Source: an uncultured Actinomycetota bacterium (lineage in GTDB: Bacteria; Actinomycetota; Actinomycetes; JACCUZ01). From it: DNA of 64,000 nucleotides. The notes beneath the pieces are model-generated. The model was not told the origin of the DNA and did no database searches. It saw only the letters and a list, made by a program, of their open reading frames with translations. The translations under genes and the position numbers were made by a program. Numbering within the stretch: the first letter of the stretch is position 1; each line of letters starts with the position of its first letter. The stretch is from NCBI GenBank assembly GCA_963746465.1, contig CAVVAY010000007.1, forward strand, positions 508,937 to 572,936, read 5' to 3'. Below are positions 62,174 to 64,000 of the stretch, one piece after another.

Positions 62174-62671
62174 ATGGCGGACGAGGTCGCGGAGTTCATC
62201 GAGGGCTTCGCGCTGATGCTGAACCAGGCCGGGATGCAACGGATGGCGGCCCGGGTCTTCGGCGCTCTGCTGGCAGCCGAGAGCGACGGCCTGACCGCGA
62301 AGGAGATCAGCGAGACGCTCCAGGTCAGCCCGGCCGCGGTGAGCGGCGCAGTCGGCTACCTCACCCGGACCGGGCTCGCGAAGCGGGTGCGGGCGCCGGG
62401 CGGCCGGGTCGACCACTTCGCCGTCGACGGCACCACCTGGGCGGAAGCCGTCGCCATCGAGACCGACCGCCTGACCGAGATGGCCGGCTGGCTGGGCAAG
62501 GGCGCCGCGTCAGTGCCGTCTGACAGCCCCGCGCAGGCCCGGCTGGCGGAGACCCGCGACTTCTTCGAGTTCATCGCTGCCGAGATGCCCAAGCTCATCG
62601 ACCGCTGGCGCGAGGCACAGGAGCGGGCTTCCACTCACCGCTCGTCGCCCGGGCCGCCGGTCCACACGTAG
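62174..62671 (+). CDS. winged-helix transcriptional regulator (MarR/GbsR-like), divergent from the ABC exporter operon
   Basis: The 165-aa product has an HTH region (LTAKEISETLQVSPAAVSGAVGYLTRTGLAKR). The family assignment is tentative. Confidence 0.55.
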   Translation: MADEVAEFIEGFALMLNQAGMQRMAARVFGALLAAESDGLTAKEISETLQVSPAAVSGAVGYLTRTGLAKRVRAPGGRVDHFAVDGTTWAEAVAIETDRLTEMAGWLGKGAASVPSDSPAQARLAETRDFFEFIAAEMPKLIDRWREAQERASTHRSSPGPPVHT

Positions 62672-63366
62672 CCGTTCTCCGGGCGGCCGGCCGTGCCGTA
62701 CCTGGGCCGGACCTCGGCCAGCCCCATGACGGTCAGCTGCTCGAGGTACCGGCGCGAGCTGACCCGGGACAGCCCACAGTGCATCGCAGCCTCGCCGGCA
62801 GACAAGTCCCCCTCGGCGTCCTGGAGGGCCTCGGCGACGATCGAGAGCGTGTGCCGGGACAGCCCCTTCGGCAGGCTCTCGGCGGAGCCGACAAGCCGCG
62901 GGGCCGAGAGCAGGCGGTCCACGTCACCCTGGTCGCGCACGGTTCCCTGCTGCGCCGATCGTCGACGAAGCTCGTACCGCTGCGCCGCGTAGCCGTGCAG
63001 CCGTTCCCGGAAGACCTGCAGGCTGAACGGCTTGATCAGGTAGTGCGCGACGCCGCCCGCCATCGCGGCGCGCACGGTGTCGACCTCCCGGGCGGCGGTG
63101 ATGGCGATCACGTCGAGGTCATCTCCGCCCGGTCTCGCGCGCAACCGCCGCAGAACCTCGATACCTGACATGTCCGGCAGGTGGATGTCCAGAAGGACGA
63201 GGTCGGGCCTGAGCTCTTCCACGGCGCGCAACGCCTGCCGGGCACTGTGCGCCTCCGCCACGACCGAGAACTCCGGCATCGACTCGAGGTAGGCACGGTG
63301 CACCGAGGCGACCGCGAAGTCGTCGTCGACCACGAGCACCCGCAGCGGACTCCCCACGGTGGTCAC
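62635..63366 (-). CDS. response regulator, CitB/DcuR-like family (receiver plus C-terminal HTH)
   Basis: The receiver motifs are VLVVDDD with the phospho-accepting D in VLLDIHLPDMSG. GTG at 63366 overlaps the kinase stop as GTGA. The longer 337-aa track ORF is rejected. Confidence 0.8.
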   Translation of the reverse strand: MTTVGSPLRVLVVDDDFAVASVHRAYLESMPEFSVVAEAHSARQALRAVEELRPDLVLLDIHLPDMSGIEVLRRLRARPGGDDLDVIAITAAREVDTVRAAMAGGVAHYLIKPFSLQVFRERLHGYAAQRYELRRRSAQQGTVRDQGDVDRLLSAPRLVGSAESLPKGLSRHTLSIVAEALQDAEGDLSAGEAAMHCGLSRVSSRRYLEQLTVMGLAEVRPRYGTAGRPENGYVWTGGPGDER

Positions 63367-64000
63367 CGGGTCGCCGCTCGACCGGCAGTCTCGCCGGGTG
63401 CAGGCGACACCGGCGGCAGCATGACAGTGAACACCGCGCCGCCGCCGGGGCGTTCCGTGACGGTGATGGTCCCTCCGCGGCGGGTGACGATGCGCGAGAC
63501 CAGGGCAAGGCCGATGCCGCGACCGTGGTGGTCCGAGGTCGGCACCTTGGTGGTGACGCCGGTGTCGAAGATGCGGTCGTCCAGCTCCGGTGGCACGCCG
63601 GGACCGTCGTCGGCGACCCGGATCTCCACGCCCTCCGCATCGGTGCACCGCACGAGCACGTCCACGGTGCCTCCCGTCCCGGTCGCGTCGATGGCGTTGT
63701 CCACCAGGTTCCCGATGATGGTGATCACGTCGTCGGCGGTGCCATCGACGACCTCGGACTCCGGGTCGAGCCGGAAGGCCACGCCCCGCTCCCGCGCGGT
63801 GGCGGACTTGGTGACCAGGGCTGCTGCGACCGCCACGTCCTCCACCTCGCGCAGCGAGGAGCCGTAGGTGGTGCCGCTGCCGCCCCCGACGCGTTCGATG
63901 AACTGCACGGCCTCGTCATACCTCTCGAGGTCGATCAACCCGGAGACGACGTGCAGGTTGTTGGAGAACTCGTGGGCCTGGGCCCGGAGCGCATCGGTGA
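63363..64000 (-). CDS. sensor histidine kinase, CitA/DcuS-like (3' part; the N-terminus lies beyond the window end)
   Basis: It has the HATPase_c motifs IIGNLVDNAID, DDGPGV and GRGIGLALV. The frame stays open through to the window end (...RAQAHEFSNNLHVVSGLIDLERY = HisKA H-box). Confidence 0.8.
   Translation of the reverse strand, partial: TDALRAQAHEFSNNLHVVSGLIDLERYDEAVQFIERVGGGSGTTYGSSLREVEDVAVAAALVTKSATARERGVAFRLDPESEVVDGTADDVITIIGNLVDNAIDATGTGGTVDVLVRCTDAEGVEIRVADDGPGVPPELDDRIFDTGVTTKVPTSDHHGRGIGLALVSRIVTRRGGTITVTERPGGGAVFTVMLPPVSPAPGETAGRAATR

Noticed and set aside
59618-62416. 932-aa ORF fusing the ABC-2 permease with an upstream extension
   Set aside because: The upstream 400 codons overlap the bona fide ABC ATPase in another frame. 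The permease starts at the ATG at 61195, which overlaps the ATPase stop.

Overview
The window is high-GC (about 70-72%) actinobacterial chromosomal DNA with dense, mostly housekeeping coding. Gene order closely follows the conserved actinobacterial block that in Mycobacterium tuberculosis is Rv3644c-Rv3683: metallophosphoesterase, ponA2-like PBP, whiB4-like WhiB, two ArsA-like ATPases, crp, nth, TlpA, NUDIX, MarP, EphE-like hydrolase, acs, a Tad/Flp pilus locus, the Rv3649-like helicase, topA and holB. The taxon (possibly Propionibacteriales/Nocardioidaceae-like) is inference only. I call about 60 CDS and two tRNAs, tRNA-Pro(CGG) and tRNA-Thr(CGT). A seven-gene Tad/Flp pilus locus runs from 28.3 to 33.2 kb. 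An acs-actP-DUF485 acetate operon, a membrane H+-pyrophosphatase, an MFS/thymidylate-kinase fusion, glpD and several regulators (Crp, MerR, WhiB, LuxR/MalT, MarR-like, a CitA/CitB-like two-component pair) are also present. I found no CRISPR array, integrase, transposase or recognisable defence system. The observations most worth a second look are these. Four frameshifts fall within 2.4 kb in three adjacent genes (LuxR, MFS, MMPL) just downstream of tRNA-Thr, beside a DinB-like gene and a stand-alone LigD-polymerase gene. A frameshift at a (CCA)n repeat sits in a membrane coiled-coil protein. An AT-rich nested palindrome lies in frame inside a conserved hypothetical gene. There are 9-bp and 15-bp tandem repeats. 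Several palindromic candidate operators lie in divergent promoter regions. Many adjacent genes are translationally coupled through 4-nt GTGA/ATGA start/stop overlaps. The many long ORFs on opposite strands or in shifted frames are ordinary high-GC artefacts, and I rejected them.
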